Shown: piece by piece, positions 36,515-49,699 of the stretch | How the letters are laid out: each line of letters begins with the position of its first letter | Position numbering within the stretch: the first letter of the stretch is position 1 | NCBI RefSeq assembly: GCF_018350175.1 | Contig: NC_058368.1 | Coordinates: forward strand, 119,352,001-119,416,000 | Source of the DNA: Felis catus | Taxonomy: Eukaryota | Length of the DNA stretch: 64,000 bases | Direction: 5' to 3' | Notes under the pieces: model-generated | Databases searched by the model: none | What the model was told of the DNA's origin: nothing | Seen by the model: the letters and a program-made list of their open reading frames with translations, nothing else | Made by a program: the position numbers and the translations under genes

Positions 36515-37599
36515 AATATCTAAGTTTCTAGAGCCCACTTCAAACCAGAAGAAGATGCTTACTACTCAAGATGACCAAAAAAGCAAAAAGATGAAGCCAG
36601 GTAAATATGTCACATGTCATGCAAAAGATAGAAATGAAAAGTAAGGATATATAGGGAATAAAGCACACGCTATGTCAGGTCAGAATGAAGGCCATGGTCA
36701 ATGTGGATATTTGTGGATGGCTTTTATGTGACACTGGCAGCCCTGTACCGGAGTGGGTCCTTTGACTTCAAGTGATTGAATAGGACCAGACTCAAAATAA
36801 TAGTTATACTTTTCTTCTCATTTCTTAATTGCGGTCAAAGCTCAGGTCTTAGAGACTGTAAAAACAGAAGTTTTAAAAAATAATTGCTCACCAAGAATTT
36901 TTTATTTTCATTTGCCTCTGCAGAACAACCAGCATCTAAACTTGTTGACCATCAAACCATACGAGTGGTTAGACACGATTTATGCTAAGAAGCAAGCCAT
37001 ATGGCATTGGAGGGTTTAATTCAGATGCTAGTCACAGGTGTGTGTTGTCACTGGCATGCCTCAAGCATTTTATTTGTTGTCAGAGACTATAAATGAGATA
37101 GTGAGGTAAGATTCCCGGGTTGATACCAAGGCTGTGTAAGAGCACTGTGGCTGGTCTGCCTTCCTCCACCAGGCTCTGCTGGTTCTTTCCATTAAATACT
37201 AAGTGGAAAAGGTGAAAACAACTGACTTTGAGAAGATCTTGAATTAAATGCTCTTTGTAAGCAAAGAAAGGAATCTTACTTCAGAGGCATTAAATAACAA
37301 AAGTGAAGGCTGCACCTTGAAGTGAGGGAAGAAAACCAATGCCAAATTGTTAGTCTAACAAGTACCTGTAGGATTAAATAAGATGATAAATCAACATTCA
37401 AGCCAATCACTGCAGGGGGAAAAAAGCAAAAATAAAAACCCAAACCAGGTAGGTGCAAGGCCCTGAATATGCAAACTTATTATTTAAACTTTTCGCTTGT
37501 CAACTGCTTAAGGTCAGCCCCTTTATATTGCAGAAAATTTACAGAAAATAACATAATGCTCCCATTCCCCTCCTCCACCTTAAAAAAGGTACTTCTGGC

Positions 37600-39855
37600 T
37601 TCATTTACCATCTTATTTAGTCTTGATTCTGTCATCCATCACTATAATAACTCCCTTACAAATCCACTTAGCCCCAGTGTCCATCATTCCCTTCTCCATC
37701 TTCTGCCGGAAAAACATCAGCCCAGATGAACATCATCCGCCTTCTCCACATTTACAGCTGAGCAGATGACCAGATATCGTTACCAGATAACCTCACCAAT
37801 GGAGCTGTTTTCATTGTAATTCCTATTACATCTCCACAAGGCACTCAGCACAAGACAGTAATCCTACAGTTTCTCCCACAGGTTGCATTTCCCATTTTCT
37901 AAGAATACTACTTCATGCCTTTTCCCATCTTCTCGCAGTTTCCACATTTTTTTCTTCCATTGGTGAGCAGCACCCCCTCCTGCTGCTTTGAGAAGTCAGA
38001 AGTCACTTGGGAAAACTTCCCCATCTTTAACAGCCAAGGGACCAAACTGATTCATCCTTACAGTCTGGAAGCCTCTCCTACTAGCCTGTAGTCACTGTAG
38101 GGGTCAGTCCCTCCTCCTCTCAGAGCCAGCCCCTCCCCTCATGCTGTGTATTTCATCCCTCTCCCTACACAGTCTCTCCCTTTCTTCTGTACTGGCTCAT
38201 TTTCCTCAGCAAACAAACATGCTTTGACATATCCTGTCGTAAAATCAACACAGAGAAAAACCAAAAACCTTCCCTCGACTTCTCATATTCTTCTATACAT
38301 GGACCCGTTTCTCCATTCACTTTTATATTGAACTTTTCATAAGAGTTGTTTACACGTGCTGACCCCACTTTCTAACCTTCATCTGTCTTATTTATTACCA
38401 CTCTAGCATCTTCTCATGGCTCTACTGAAACTGCTCTTGTCAAGGTCTCCAGTGACTTCCATTTTCCTGAAGCCGTGTCTTCATCTTAGTGGCATCCACA
38501 GCAGCCTTCAGCCTAACAGTCTCTCCTTTTGCACATACTCTGCCCTTTGAGCTTTCATGATAATATTGTCTCCTAGCTTGCCTTCTACTTCACAAGCTAC
38601 TCATTCTCAGTAGGACAGCCTGTCCCTGCATGCCCTAATAGATCTCTATGCCTTGTGGTCCTCAGGGCTCAGTCCTGGCCTCTTGCAGTACAAAGAGTGT
38701 AGTACCATTAGCAATTTCTAAAGATTTAAATTCTCCATGTTTATGCTAGAAACTTCCAAATTTCTATCTCCAGTCCAAACCTTTCTTCTAACCTTCATTC
38801 ACATATTCAATTTGATGTTGCTGTTCTTCTCCACCTGTATGTCTCACAGGCATCTCATAATTAATATGAGCAAGATGGAACTCTTGATTTTTCCATCCCC
38901 AGTCTGTTTGTACTTGCTCAGTCATCCCCACATCAGTGGATCGTACTGCCATCTACCCTGTTGTTCAGTCAAGAACCCGGATGTTCATCTTTCATTCTTG
39001 CTTTTCCTTCACTTTTCATGTCAACTCGGCAGCAAGTCCTGTCAACTCCAACTCTAAGAATCCTGTCACCATCTCCACTGGCACCACCTTAGCCTGAGTC
39101 ACTGTTCCCACTTGGATGACTTCATCCATTCATGTCCTTCTCTCAGTCATTCGCCATGCAGCATCTAAAGAGATCCCCTTTTGAAAAGAAATCAGTCGTA
39201 CCCATAAAATAAACTGCAAGTCCCTGAATAATGTAGTCCCTGACTGATTACTTCACTTATATCTTACCAGATGCTCTTCTCACGTAGTACACCATAGCCA
39301 CACTGGCACATGTACTACTTTTTTTTTTTTAATTTTTTTTTAACGTTTATTTATTTTTGAGACAGAGAGAGACAGAGCATGAACAGGGGAGGGGCAGAGA
39401 GAGGGAGACACAGAATCTGAAACAGACTCCAGGCTCTGAGCGGTTAGCACAGAGCCCCACACGGGGCTCGAACTCGCGGACTGTGAGATCATGACCTGAG
39501 CCGAAGTCGGACGCTTAACTGACCAAGCCACCCAGGCACCCCGGCACATGTACTTCAAATGCACCAAACTCATTCCAAACATAGAGTTTTGTCCATGCCA
39601 TTCCTTGAACTTAGGCATCACTTGTTCATTTCCCTGTTTTATGTCTCAATTTAAGTGCTTTTTCCCAAAGAAGCCCTTCAAAGCCATTGTCTCTGTTCAG
39701 TCCCTCGTCTGTTTCCTTGATGTGACTGAGGAAGGGAAAGAAAGCCCCCTGACAACAGGGAGTGTATTCGTCCTGTCCATTGCTGTATGGTCAGCATCTA
39801 GCAGAAAGCCAAGAACAAAACAGCTGCCTATTAATATATTTTTGAAATGAATGAG
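37600..39855 (+). mobile_element. Long L2 fossil interrupted by a SINE
   Basis: 'ctactgaaactgctcttgtcaaggtctccagtgacttcc', 'tgtctcacaggcatctca...aactcttgatt', 'agcaagtcctgtcaactcc', ends gaatga. Confidence 0.85.
39317..39542 (-). mobile_element. Can-SINE (fairly young)
   Basis: Perfect TSD ggcacatgtact (39305-39316 / 39543-39554). Confidence 0.96.
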
Positions 39856-40059
39856 GAAGCTTTTCAAGAACCTAACTCATGCAGTGTCACCAGTAGCAAC
39901 AGAGGTTTCCCGTCGTATTTCCTCACATCCAGCATGCTGTAATCAATACATAAGCAGGCCTGACTATTCCCTGAAAATCCACTTAAGAAAAATGTCTAGT
40001 TTCCAACCTATCTCTCAGTATTGGTTGACAGTACTACTGAGAAATATGTTCACTCATTT

Positions 40060-40893
40060 ATGGGTATTGTGTAGTCCTACAAGTCAATTCTGACACTAAC
40101 TATTCAAAAGTTAGCACAAAGCCCACAGGTTAAGGCCTCCATCCACAACACTGCTTCAGACACCAGCCACAAATAGGGTGACCATGCTACCTACACTTGT
40201 GTCTTGCTGACTACAAATTTGGGGATTCTTATGATTCCCTCTTGGGTTTGATAATTCAATAGAATGACTCATTAGAACTCACACAAATACTTCACTTACA
40301 TTTACCATTTTATTACGAATGATATAACTCAGAAACAGCCCCATGGAAGAGATGCCCAAAGCAAGGTACGAGGCAGAAAGATACAGCTCACTATCAGTTA
40401 ACTGGCAGAGATGGGAGCAGGGAAGGTACAAATTTTCCAGGTCCTCTCAGGGCGTGCCATTCTCTGAGAATGCCATTGTGTTCACCAGTCTAGAAGCTTC
40501 CTGAACCTCACCATCCAAGAGTTATTGCTGAAGTTTCATTACATACACACGACTGATCAAGTCATTGGTCGCTGGTGATTGGACTGAATCTCTGGCCCCC
40601 TGCTCACTTCTCCAGAAGTTGAGGGGTGGGGTTGAAAGTTTCAACCATCTAATCACATGCTTGGGATTTCTGGTAACCACCTCCCTCTTGAAGTTACCCA
40701 CGGGATGGCGGGGCGGCGGGGGGGGGGGGGGGGCTTTTTCACTTCCTTAGCATAAACTCAATTATAGTCAGAAAGGCAGTTGTTATGAATAACAAAATAT
40801 ACTCCTATCACTCAGAAAATTCCAAGGGTTTTAGGAAATTGGTGCCAGGAACTGGGCACAAAGACCAAAAATGTGTAATTTTATCATACCACA
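40060..40893 (-). mobile_element. MER21-like solo LTR (ERVL class)
   Basis: 'caattctgacactaactat', 'ctacaaatttgggg...gggtttgataatt...gaactca', 'tcactcagaaaattccaagggttttagg...ccaggaactggg..caaagaccaaa'; internal G-run at about 40700-40733. Confidence 0.75.
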
Positions 40894-41257
40894 GTAGTAA
40901 AAGACTTTTGGAACAGACATTGAATAGATTGCTAAAGGTTATAAGAAACAACTTCTAGAACAGATGATTCATGATAGGACTTTTTTTCTACAGCTACAAA
41001 GTATAAATATTTCTGGCATGTCTTGATGCATGTTATTTGCTAGATTAGGTTTTGATAATAAGCAACATGAAGAATTACCTTTTCCTGGTGTGTCTAAATT
41101 AATTAGACTAAATTAATCCTAAATTATGGGTAACTAGAGAAGATGTGTTTTTGAGAGTAAATAACTTCCATAATTAAAAGAATGTTTCATGAAGAAAACA
41201 TGTAAGTATATGGATTATATTTTTTAAATACACTTTAATATTTAAATACAGAGTGGA

Positions 41258-41481
41258 GGGGCGCCTGGGTGGCGCAGTCGGTTAAGCGTCCGACTTCAGC
41301 CAGGTCATGATCTCGCGGTCCGTGGGTTCGAGCCCCGCGTCGGGTTCTGGGCTGATGGCTCAGAGCCTGGAGCCTGTTTCCGATTCTGTGTCTCCCTCTC
41401 TCTCTGCCCCTCCCCCGTTCATGCTCTGTCTCTCTCTGTCCCAAAAATAAATAAACGTTGAAAAAAAAATTAAAAAAAAAA
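41258..41481 (+). mobile_element. Young SINEC_Fc-type Can-SINE
   Basis: Near consensus; TSD taaatacagagtgg (41243-41256 / 41482-41495). Confidence 0.97.
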
Positions 41482-41829
41482 TAAATACAGAGTGGCACCT
41501 CTGATCAGAATTTTTAAAATAGTTTTTGGGATAACTTTACATAGATAATGCCAAACTTGAAATTCATTCATCACATCCTCATAGGTAAGCTAACACAGAC
41601 AAGAAGTCAAATCCACAAAAGCACATAAGGCTACGCTGATGTGATTAATTTTAAAAACTCAAAATTTTTGAAGTGAAGACTTTTATACTATAGTTCATAT
41701 CATTTTGTAGGTAGAGATCATGACAACCTTTTTTTAAACCCCTTAGAGGTTCACTAGGAGTTGTGGAACTTAAAGGTAAGGTATACATTTTTCTCTTACA
41801 AAAACAGAAGAGTACAAAGTTTGCTAATC

Positions 41830-42026
41830 CTTTATTTATGTACTTATTTTGAGTGAGAGAGTGAAAGCAGGGGAGGGGCAGAGAGAGAGGGAGACAGAAT
41901 CCCAAGGAGGCTCTGTGCTGTAAGCACTGAGGCTGATGTGGGGCTCAATCCTGTGAACTGTGAGATCATGACCTGAGTCAAATTCAAGAATCAGATGCTC
42001 AACAGACTGAGCCACCCAGGTGCCTC
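41830..42026 (-). mobile_element. Can-SINE
   Basis: tttatttat tail; ends gagccacccaggtgcctc. Confidence 0.92.
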
Positions 42027-42224
42027 TTCATAAAACTGACATTTTAATAAGGTGCGTGGAAGAGACTATTTTATATTATAGAAGAAATTCTTATTTTGAA
42101 TAGACAATTTAGAAAACAGGTATTTGGAAATGCCCCCATTGTTTTCTGTCTCTGTAGCTCAACATGTTTATGTGCCACCTAAAAAAACTCTCATATCTCC
42201 ATTTTTTTTAAACAGAAACTGAAT

Positions 42225-42803
42225 GCATTCATTTTCTATTGGTATATAATAAATTACCAGAAAAGTAACAGTTTAAAACAAAACCCATACATTTCTTATC
42301 TCACAGTTTCCCTGGATGAGGTGTGAGGGCAAGATTTAGGGTCTACTGCCCAGGGTCTCCCAAGGCTGCAGTTAGTGTCTCGCTGGACATGTTTTCATGT
42401 GGAGGCTCGAATGGGGAATAATCGACTTTCAAGTTCCCTCAGGTTGTTGGCAGGATTAATTTCCCTATGACTGTATGACTAAGGACCCAAGATTTTCACT
42501 AGCTAGTGGTTGGAGACTGCCTGCAGTCTCCGAAACTGCAGATAGGTCGTTCCTATGTGGGCTTCTCTAACATGGCCACTCATTTCCTGCAGACCTCAAG
42601 GGGAGTCTTTCATACAAGTCTGCTAAGACAGAATCTTATATAACCAAACAGAATCATGAAACTGACATCCTATCTCTTTTGTAATATTCTATTGGCTGGA
42701 AGTAAGTCCTATATCATACCCATACTCAAAGGAGGGGGATTATCCAAAGGCATAAACTTCAGGAGCAAACTATTAAGTTCATCTTAGGAACTATCAGACA
42801 CAG
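42225..42803 (-). mobile_element. MaLR LTR (MLT1-type)
   Basis: 'aataaattaccag...ttaaaacaa...ttatctcacagtttc...caaggctgcag...caggttgttggcaggatt...atattctattggctggaagtaagtc'. Confidence 0.8.
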
Positions 42804-43081
42804 AGTTTTCCAATCATTTTGCAAATTGTCACAATAAAGAATTTCAGTGGGATTTGAATCTATTTGTTGAAAATAGGAGAAAGCAACTAAAAGAACTACT
42901 GAGTGACTTCAGAGAAGTAGAAGTTTACATGTTAAATTATTGCAAAACATTTTACATAAATGGTAGATGGGACTGAAAAATAAGTATGATTTCAATTGCA
43001 ACCCATAATGTACATCTTCAGTTTATCTTTGGGAGAGATCACGTTTTTCAGCTTTGACAGTCATCAAAACCAAGAATCAAA

Positions 43082-43275
43082 GGGCACCTGAGTAGTGCAG
43101 TTGGTTGACTGTCCAACTCTTGATTTTGGCTCAGGTCATGATCTCACAGTTCGTGAATTTGAACCCTACATCAGGCTCTGTGCAGACAGCGCAGAGCTTG
43201 CATAAGATTCTCTGTTTCCCTCACTCTCTGCAACCCCACCTCAAAAATAAACATTTTCAAAAACTTTAAAAAAAT
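43082..43275 (+). mobile_element. Can-SINE (first of a head-to-tail pair)
   Basis: gggcacctgagtagtgcag head; aataaa tail. Confidence 0.9.
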
Positions 43276-43276
43276 A

Positions 43277-43485
43277 GGGGCACCTCAGTGGCTCAGTCAG
43301 TTAAGTGTCCAACTATGGCTCAGGTCACAGTTTGAGAGTTCCAGCCCCACATTGGGCTCTCTACTGTCAGAACAGAGCCCGCTTTGGATCCTCTCTTTCT
43401 CTCTATCTCTCTTTCTGTCCCTCCCCATTCATGCTCTCTAACTCTCTCAAAAATAAACATTAAAAAAATTTAAAAATTAAAAAAT
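43277..43485 (+). mobile_element. Can-SINE (second of the pair)
   Basis: ggggcacctcagtggctcag head; CT tract; A tail. Confidence 0.9.
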
Positions 43486-43909
43486 AGTCAAAATAAACTG
43501 CTCTTGTGATAGACCTTTGAATTGCTAAGTTACAAGTCTTACAAATGTCAAATCAAGATTTTCAAAAGTAATGAAGCTTACTTTGTCACATCATCTTTAG
43601 TAATACTAGTTAGGTTAGTGAGATAAAATTTGGGAATTAGTGCTCAATAAAAAATTTAAACATGTGCCTATTAGGAAAAAAGTGAACAGGTATCCCAATA
43701 TATGCATATTTATTTCTTTAGAAATTGTATACATGATTATATTATACATACATAAAACACATACTTATATTTTTTTATTTGTATCTCATTGAATTGGTAT
43801 TTATATATTTTAGAATGTATGTAACAAATTTATAACACGATTCACTTGCCCCTGTTTTCTCTAATAGGCATATACCATAAACAAGTTTGGAACCCACTGT
43901 TCTTACTCT

Positions 43910-44225
43910 GCACTTCTAAGCATCCAATAACCACATGTGGCTACCTAGCACTGGAAATGAAGTTAGTCCAAAATGACTTATGCTGTAAGTAAAATACACC
44001 CAAGATTTCTAAGGCTCAGAAAAAAAAGTAAATTATCCTATTTGAATTTTTTTATTAATGATGTGTTAAAATGATAATATTTGCGGTACATGAGGTGAAA
44101 TAAATTATCAAAATTCATTACAGCTGTTTCTTTTACTTGCTTGAATGGGGCTATGAAAATAATTAAAATTACATATGTGTAATTAAATTAATTAAAATCA
44201 CACTCTATCTATTGCATAGCACTGC
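43910..44225. mobile_element. MER33/MER3-like hAT-Charlie element
   Basis: 'ccacatgtggctacctagcactggaaatg...tgctgtaagtaaaatacac...aaatgataatattt...aaaattacatatgtg...ctattgcatagcactg'. Confidence 0.75.
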
Positions 44226-45248
44226 CCTAGAAGGTCTGACAGTGCTAGAAAAAACAAAGGCTGGTTAGCTGTGCTTTCTGGACTAAGCAACAATGAGATT
44301 AACCTAAGTGACTTGTAGGTAAATCCTGGCCTCATCTGAAATGATTTGCCATGTTTCATGCTCTTGTAGCTAATTTTTCCCCTCACTCATCAGTAGTGGT
44401 TAGTGTGATATTTCAGTATCATTAATGGTTGAAGCAGGTTCTAAGACGATGAACTGATTTCCCCTCTGGACTGTACTCTCTGCTCTATTTGCCATCATCA
44501 GATGAACTGATAGTACTTCCTCTGACAGCACAGCAATTTAGACATGGATTTTAGAATTAACAGCTAAGTACTCTCAGGGAAATATCTCAAAAGCACGTAT
44601 CTGTTTGTGGAAATGTACTCCCATCAATGCAGTATAGAGAGTTCTCTTTATTAACTATTAGTAAAATTGTACCAAATACAGAGAAATTAGGTAAATTCTG
44701 CCAAGTATTTGAGGTATACTTTTCAAAAGCTTGCCTTATAATTAGTCTATAATAAGTCACAGTTTTCAATAGACCAGTTTCAGCTCTGATGATTTCCTTT
44801 GCGAATTCATTTCAATTTGTTTATTACCTGCTACTTTGTTAAAGAAATGCACAACCTTCACTCCCCCCATCCTGATTTTCATAAAGGATCCTCTCTCTAC
44901 GACATCTTGAGTAACCATCCTGGGGAGGCAAATCTGACCCTCTATTACCTTTCTGAAAGAGCCTCGCACTGAGCTTTCCCCTGCGATTGGAATCCCTCTG
45001 TGCTGCTGTTAAATTCTAGAAGCTAATGATAATGTTCCTCCTGGAGGAATTCTAATAAAGTCCAGTTGTTAAATTCTTCCTTATGCTGAGCCAATGTCAA
45101 TAACTGGCCTTCAGTCTTCCCTCTAGGGATATACAGAACACAGTCCTTCTTCCACAGAAAATTCTAATACTTCTAAATCTTCTCTTCTCTGGGTTATCCA
45201 GTTTCTCTAGGTAGTCTCTTATTCATTAAACAAATATTTATCAGATGC

Positions 45249-45623
45249 TGTATTAGTCAGCTCAGACTGCCGTAACAAAACACCACAGAGTGCGTTAAAA
45301 AACAGAATTCATTTTCTCACAGTCCTGGAGTCTGGAAGCCTCAGATGAAGGTGCTGGCGGTAGGGGGGGTACTTTCTCCTGAAGCTTCTCTTCTTGACTT
45401 GCACACAACCAACCCAGTCTGTCATCACACAGCCTCCCTTTGTGCATTCATACTCCTGGTGTGTTTTCCTCTTCTTGTAAGGACATCAGCCCCTACTGGA
45501 TTAAGGCCCCATCCTTGTGACCTCATTTTTCTTTAATTACTTCCTTAAAGACCCTATCTCCAAATCCACTCACACTGGGGGCTAGGGCTTCAACCTGAAT
45601 TTGGGGAGAATTCACTCCCTAAT
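45249..45623 (-). mobile_element. MaLR solo LTR (MLT1A/B-like)
   Basis: 'tgtattagtcagctcagactgccgtaacaaaacaccacag...tctcacagtcctggagtctggaag...aagaccctatctccaaat...gctagggcttcaac'. Confidence 0.85.
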
Positions 45624-46044
45624 AGGTGCTTATACAAAAACAGTAGAAAATAAAACAAAACCTTGGTACTATAGACATTAGACACGGTTTCAAATCTCTT
45701 AAAATATTTTTACTAGATATAGCAGCTATAACTAAATCCAGTACTGACATGGGACCTGAGCAACATGTTGAGAGACTATCTGCTCTCTCTTTATGGAATT
45801 TATCACCCTACTTATTTAGCTCAATATATTCACCTTTGTAGCACATCTATTGACAAAAGGTGGCCCACATTTATGTATTTCTCTAAAACCATTGTATCTT
45901 TGTAGGTGTCTGTAACTTATCTGTCTCAACACTAGGTTGAAAGCCGGGAGGGTGGAGGAGTTGAAAGTAATGTCTCCTAGTTCTTTATATGCCTGTATTA
46001 TAACAGACACCATATCCTGCATACAAAGAATGGTGATGGCTGAC

Positions 46045-46138
46045 CAGGGCTGGCTTCCCGTGCACTAGTCTTGAATTTCTTGAACACAGGAGCTCACATT
46101 TTCATTTTTTCCTGGACTCCACAAATTATGTGACTGCC
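46045..46138 (+). mobile_element. MER53-like DNA element fragment
   Basis: 'gggctggcttc...tcttgaatttcttgaac...cacattttcattt...ccacaaattatgt'. Confidence 0.5.
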
Positions 46139-46300
46139 TTTTTAAAAAGAAACATTTATGAAGGGTCAATTGGACTAGAAGTCCAGAAGACCTTGGTTCT
46201 GCCCCAGATTCTGCCAACACCTAACTGAATACAAAGGTCAGTGCTCATTTATCTCCTTAAATGAAATATCCTCTCTGCTAATTCAAAAATTATGCAACCT

Positions 46301-46513
46301 TGGGACAAATGGGTGGCTTAGTCAGTTAAGCATCTGACTCTTGATTTCAGCTTAGGTCATGATCTCACTGTTCGTGAGAGTGAGTCCCATATATGGCTCC
46401 ATGCTGTGAATGGAAACTGCTTAGGATTCTCCCTCTCTCCCTGCCCCTCCCCAACTTGCTCTCTTTCTCCAATAAATAAATAAGGAAGGAAGGAAGTAAA
46501 TAAATAAATAATG
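46301..46513 (+). mobile_element. Can-SINE
   Basis: TSD aaaaattatgcaa (46285-46297 / 46514-46526). Confidence 0.92.
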
Positions 46514-47589
46514 AAAAATTATGCAAACTTGCATCAGCAAAAGTTTCAGTAAAGGACCTCTACTGTTTTTGCTTGCCACATATCTTCTCCCCAATTTTCT
46601 TCCAGAACTGTTCTTACTCTCTGTCCAACTGATTACAAAGTTCAAGAGAGTGACCCCACTTGCCCCCAAACTCTGCTCCAGGGTCACCTTGTGGCTCAGG
46701 CTCAGCATGGTTTACCCCCTTGGAACCATCTCAAACTGGCCCAGAAACAGGAATTTGGCACAATCTAGGCCAAGGGGATTAAATTATAGGACCTCCATGG
46801 ACTGTGGGGTGGTGGTTATCTCCTCTGGCACTGCTCAGAGGACGCGGTAGGCCTGGAGATGCTCATGATCCCTCTGACTCCATGAAAGGAAACCTGCCTG
46901 AATATGGAGTCATTCCAGAAGAGGCCTTGAGAGATGAAGAGAGTGAAACCAAGTCCTGAGGACACAGTGTGAGTCCCTGAGCCTCTGGATGATCAATGGT
47001 CCCTGCACCCAATCAAGGCCCAGAGCCTACTGATTTGGATGTGTATCCCTTGTAATAATGGGGATTATTCACCACAAGTGCACAGCATAGTGCTGCCACA
47101 TCATAGATACTGAATTAGTGGATGGAAGAGGGCTTTGCCATCGAAGTCATTACAAGATGCAAATTTAACCAGCTCAAGATAAGGAATTTCTGAAAATATA
47201 CAAATGACTTTTATAGATATATTCCAGGGCTCCAGAGGTCATAAGACATGTGGCTTACTAAAAAATCACTATGCAAAAAATCACTTTAAATGACTGCCAA
47301 ATCCATCCTATTTTGAGCTAATGAAAGTAGGATCTAAGACAATTTCTAAGAAATAGCTTCTGAAATTCAAAGTCACCTTTTATACCTGGGAATTTGACTT
47401 TAATATGAGAATATGTTCTGTTTACTAAATTAAACACACCCTGGTGTGACACATAAAGAATCAGAACCATTCACCTATACCCCACCTATGTGTAATCACG
47501 TATGTTGAAAGATAATGAAGTAGATTAAATATTATCTTTAAAATACTATTATTCCTTTTATATTACACTGTTAAAAACATTTCTTTGAA

Positions 47590-48200
47590 ACAAAAATACT
47601 ATTTCAAGAAGATATAAGATATGCATCCCTATGTTTCCTGCAGGATTATTTACAATAGCCAAATGGAAATAGACCGTGTCTACCCATTGATAAATGGATA
47701 AAGAAGTTATGGTAAATACACATAATGGAATACTACTGAGCCATAAAAAAGAGATCTTGCCATTTGTGACAACATGGATGGACCTAGAGGGCATTATACT
47801 AAGTGAAATTCGTCAGAAAGACAAAAACCCCGTGATTTCACTTATTTATATGGACTCTAAGAAGCAGGAAAAACAAAGGAAGAAACAAATAAAAAGGCAG
47901 AAAAAGACTCATAAATACAGAGAACATAGTGATGGTTGGCAGAAGGGAAGGTGCTGAGTAAAAAAAAATGGGTGAAGGGTAGTGGAAGATACAAGCTTCC
48001 AGTTATGGAATAAGTAAGTCATGGGGATGAAAACTACAGGAGAGAGGATATAGCCAACAGTATTTTAACAGTGTTGTATGGTGACAGATGAGAGCTACAC
48101 TGCAGGTGAGTATAGCATAACAAATAGAGCGGTCATATCGTTGTGTTATACACCTAAAACTAATGTAACATCGTGTGTCAATCATACTTCAATTAAAAAA
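47590..48200 (+). mobile_element. 5'-truncated carnivore LINE-1 3' end
   Basis: ORF 47694 'KKEILPFVTTWMDLEGIILSEIRQKDK' is the ORF2 C-terminal tail; 3'UTR ends 'cctaaaactaatgtaacatcgtgtgtcaatcatacttcaattaaaaaa'. Confidence 0.9.
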
Positions 48201-48205
48201 CTTTT

Positions 48206-48427
48206 GGGTGCACCTGGGTGGCTCAGTCAGTTGAGCGTCTGACTTCGGCTCAGGTCACAATATCGTGGTCTGTGAGTTTGAGCCCCGTGTCGAGCTCTGT
48301 GCTGACAGCTCAGGGCCTGGAGCCTGCTTCGGATTCTGTGTCTCCCTCTCTCTGCCCCTCCCCCGCTCATGCTCTGTCTCTCTGTCAAAAATAAATAAAC
48401 ATTTAAAAAATTAAAAACAAAAAAAAT
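48206..48427 (+). mobile_element. Can-SINE inserted at the L1 tail
   Basis: Canonical body and tail; TSD-like aaaaaactttt / aaaaaattttt. Confidence 0.93.
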
Positions 48428-48522
48428 TTTTTTAAGTAGGCTCCCGGCCCAATGTGGGACTGGAACTCAGGACCTTGAGATCAAGAGTCGCATGCTCTAC
48501 CGACTGAGCCAGCCACATGTAC
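48428..48522 (-). mobile_element. Short tRNA-Lys-derived SINE / tRNA-like pseudogene
   Basis: Reverse complement tggctggctcagtcggtagagcatgcgactcttgatctcaaggtcctgagttccagtcccacattggg...cctactt plus A tail; resembles tRNA-Lys(CTT), but the acceptor stem and T-loop are degenerate. Confidence 0.8.
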
Positions 48523-49475
48523 TGATAAAAAAAAAAGTTTCTTTGGTCCCAACAGAGAAGAAAATCTGCAAGATTGCCTTTGGGGTGTGAGCCTAGTAAC
48601 AGGCACAGAACTGTATGAAAGAGGAAAAGAAGAGGGATTCACCACGAGCGAAGTATGGATAACTGCTATTGCCACATAATGGTGAGAATGGACATGTGAG
48701 AAAGTAAGGAGCTCCTTGTCCTCAGGGGCATTCAAATGGAACGTAGGCAATATCTATAGGGAACAGGAGAAAGGTAGCTGGTAATTTGATAGTTCTCTAA
48801 TTCTGCAAATCTTGGGAGAAGTTGCAGAAAATTCTGATAGGCTAAGTTGGCAGTTGGAAGGGAGGAGACAGCAGCTGTGAGTCCCTCCCAAAGACTGCAA
48901 TTACTGATTTGTGTATCTAGCATGTCCATGTTGGCTGCCTTCTCTCCAGCACCTAGAAGAGCTCCTGGCACACAGTGAGCACACAATAACCATTTGTTGA
49001 ATGATTTAATAAGTTGAATATATAAATGAACACACCTCTCAGAAGTTAACGCCTCAGTTTTTTCTGAGCATTGATTTTGTTCCATATTTTTTTTTCACTA
49101 AAAAGTTTATCATGTAACTCATTGTGGCATAGAACATTACTCACCTTGCACTGTATTATTTCACTTGTCATCTGTTTATGTCTTATCTTCCAAGATGGAT
49201 TATGAGTTTTCTGAAGCAGCTCTTATATTCTTTTATAAATCTCTCAGTATTCAAACACTCAAAAAGCAACTTAACGACAATGTTCATGGAGACCACAAAT
49301 AGTTCTCATGGCCGGCTTCCCCTTTATGAGGGTCCCAAAGCCCCCCCTGGAGGTATCACATAGATCTTTCTCTAAATCCCTGGATATCCCAAGTTCCCAA
49401 ATTCAGTTGCCTACTATTCTGTTTTCCAACACAGAGAATCATTGCCAACATAGTGGACTTTAAAAATCGACCCAA

Positions 49476-49699
49476 GGGGCACCTGGGTGGCGCAGTCGGT
49501 TAAGCGTCCGACTTCAGCCAGGTCACGATCTCGCGGTCCGTGAGTTCAAGCCCCGCGTCAGGCTCCGGGCTGATGGCTCGGAGCCTGGAGCCTGTTTCCG
49601 ATTCTGTGTCTCCCTCTCTCCCTGCCCCTCCCCCGTTCATGCTCTGTCTCTCTCTGTCCCAAAAATAAATAAACGTTGAAAAAAAAAAATTAAAAAAAA
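49476..49699 (+). mobile_element. Young SINEC_Fc-type Can-SINE
   Basis: Perfect TSD aaaaatcgacccaa (49462-49475 / 49700-49713). Confidence 0.97.

Larger units (their letters stand above)
42804..43900 (+). mobile_element. hAT-Charlie transposase 3' fossil, interrupted by two SINEs
   Basis: 43045-43080 translates FSALTVIKTKNQ and resumes NKL...DL*IA after the SINEs, matching the hAT dimerisation-domain pattern; ends 'aagtttggaacccactg'. Confidence 0.7.

Noticed and set aside
48440..48515. Possible tRNA-Lys(CTT) gene
   Set aside because: Degenerate acceptor stem and T-loop plus a SINE-type tail; treated as a tRNA-derived SINE
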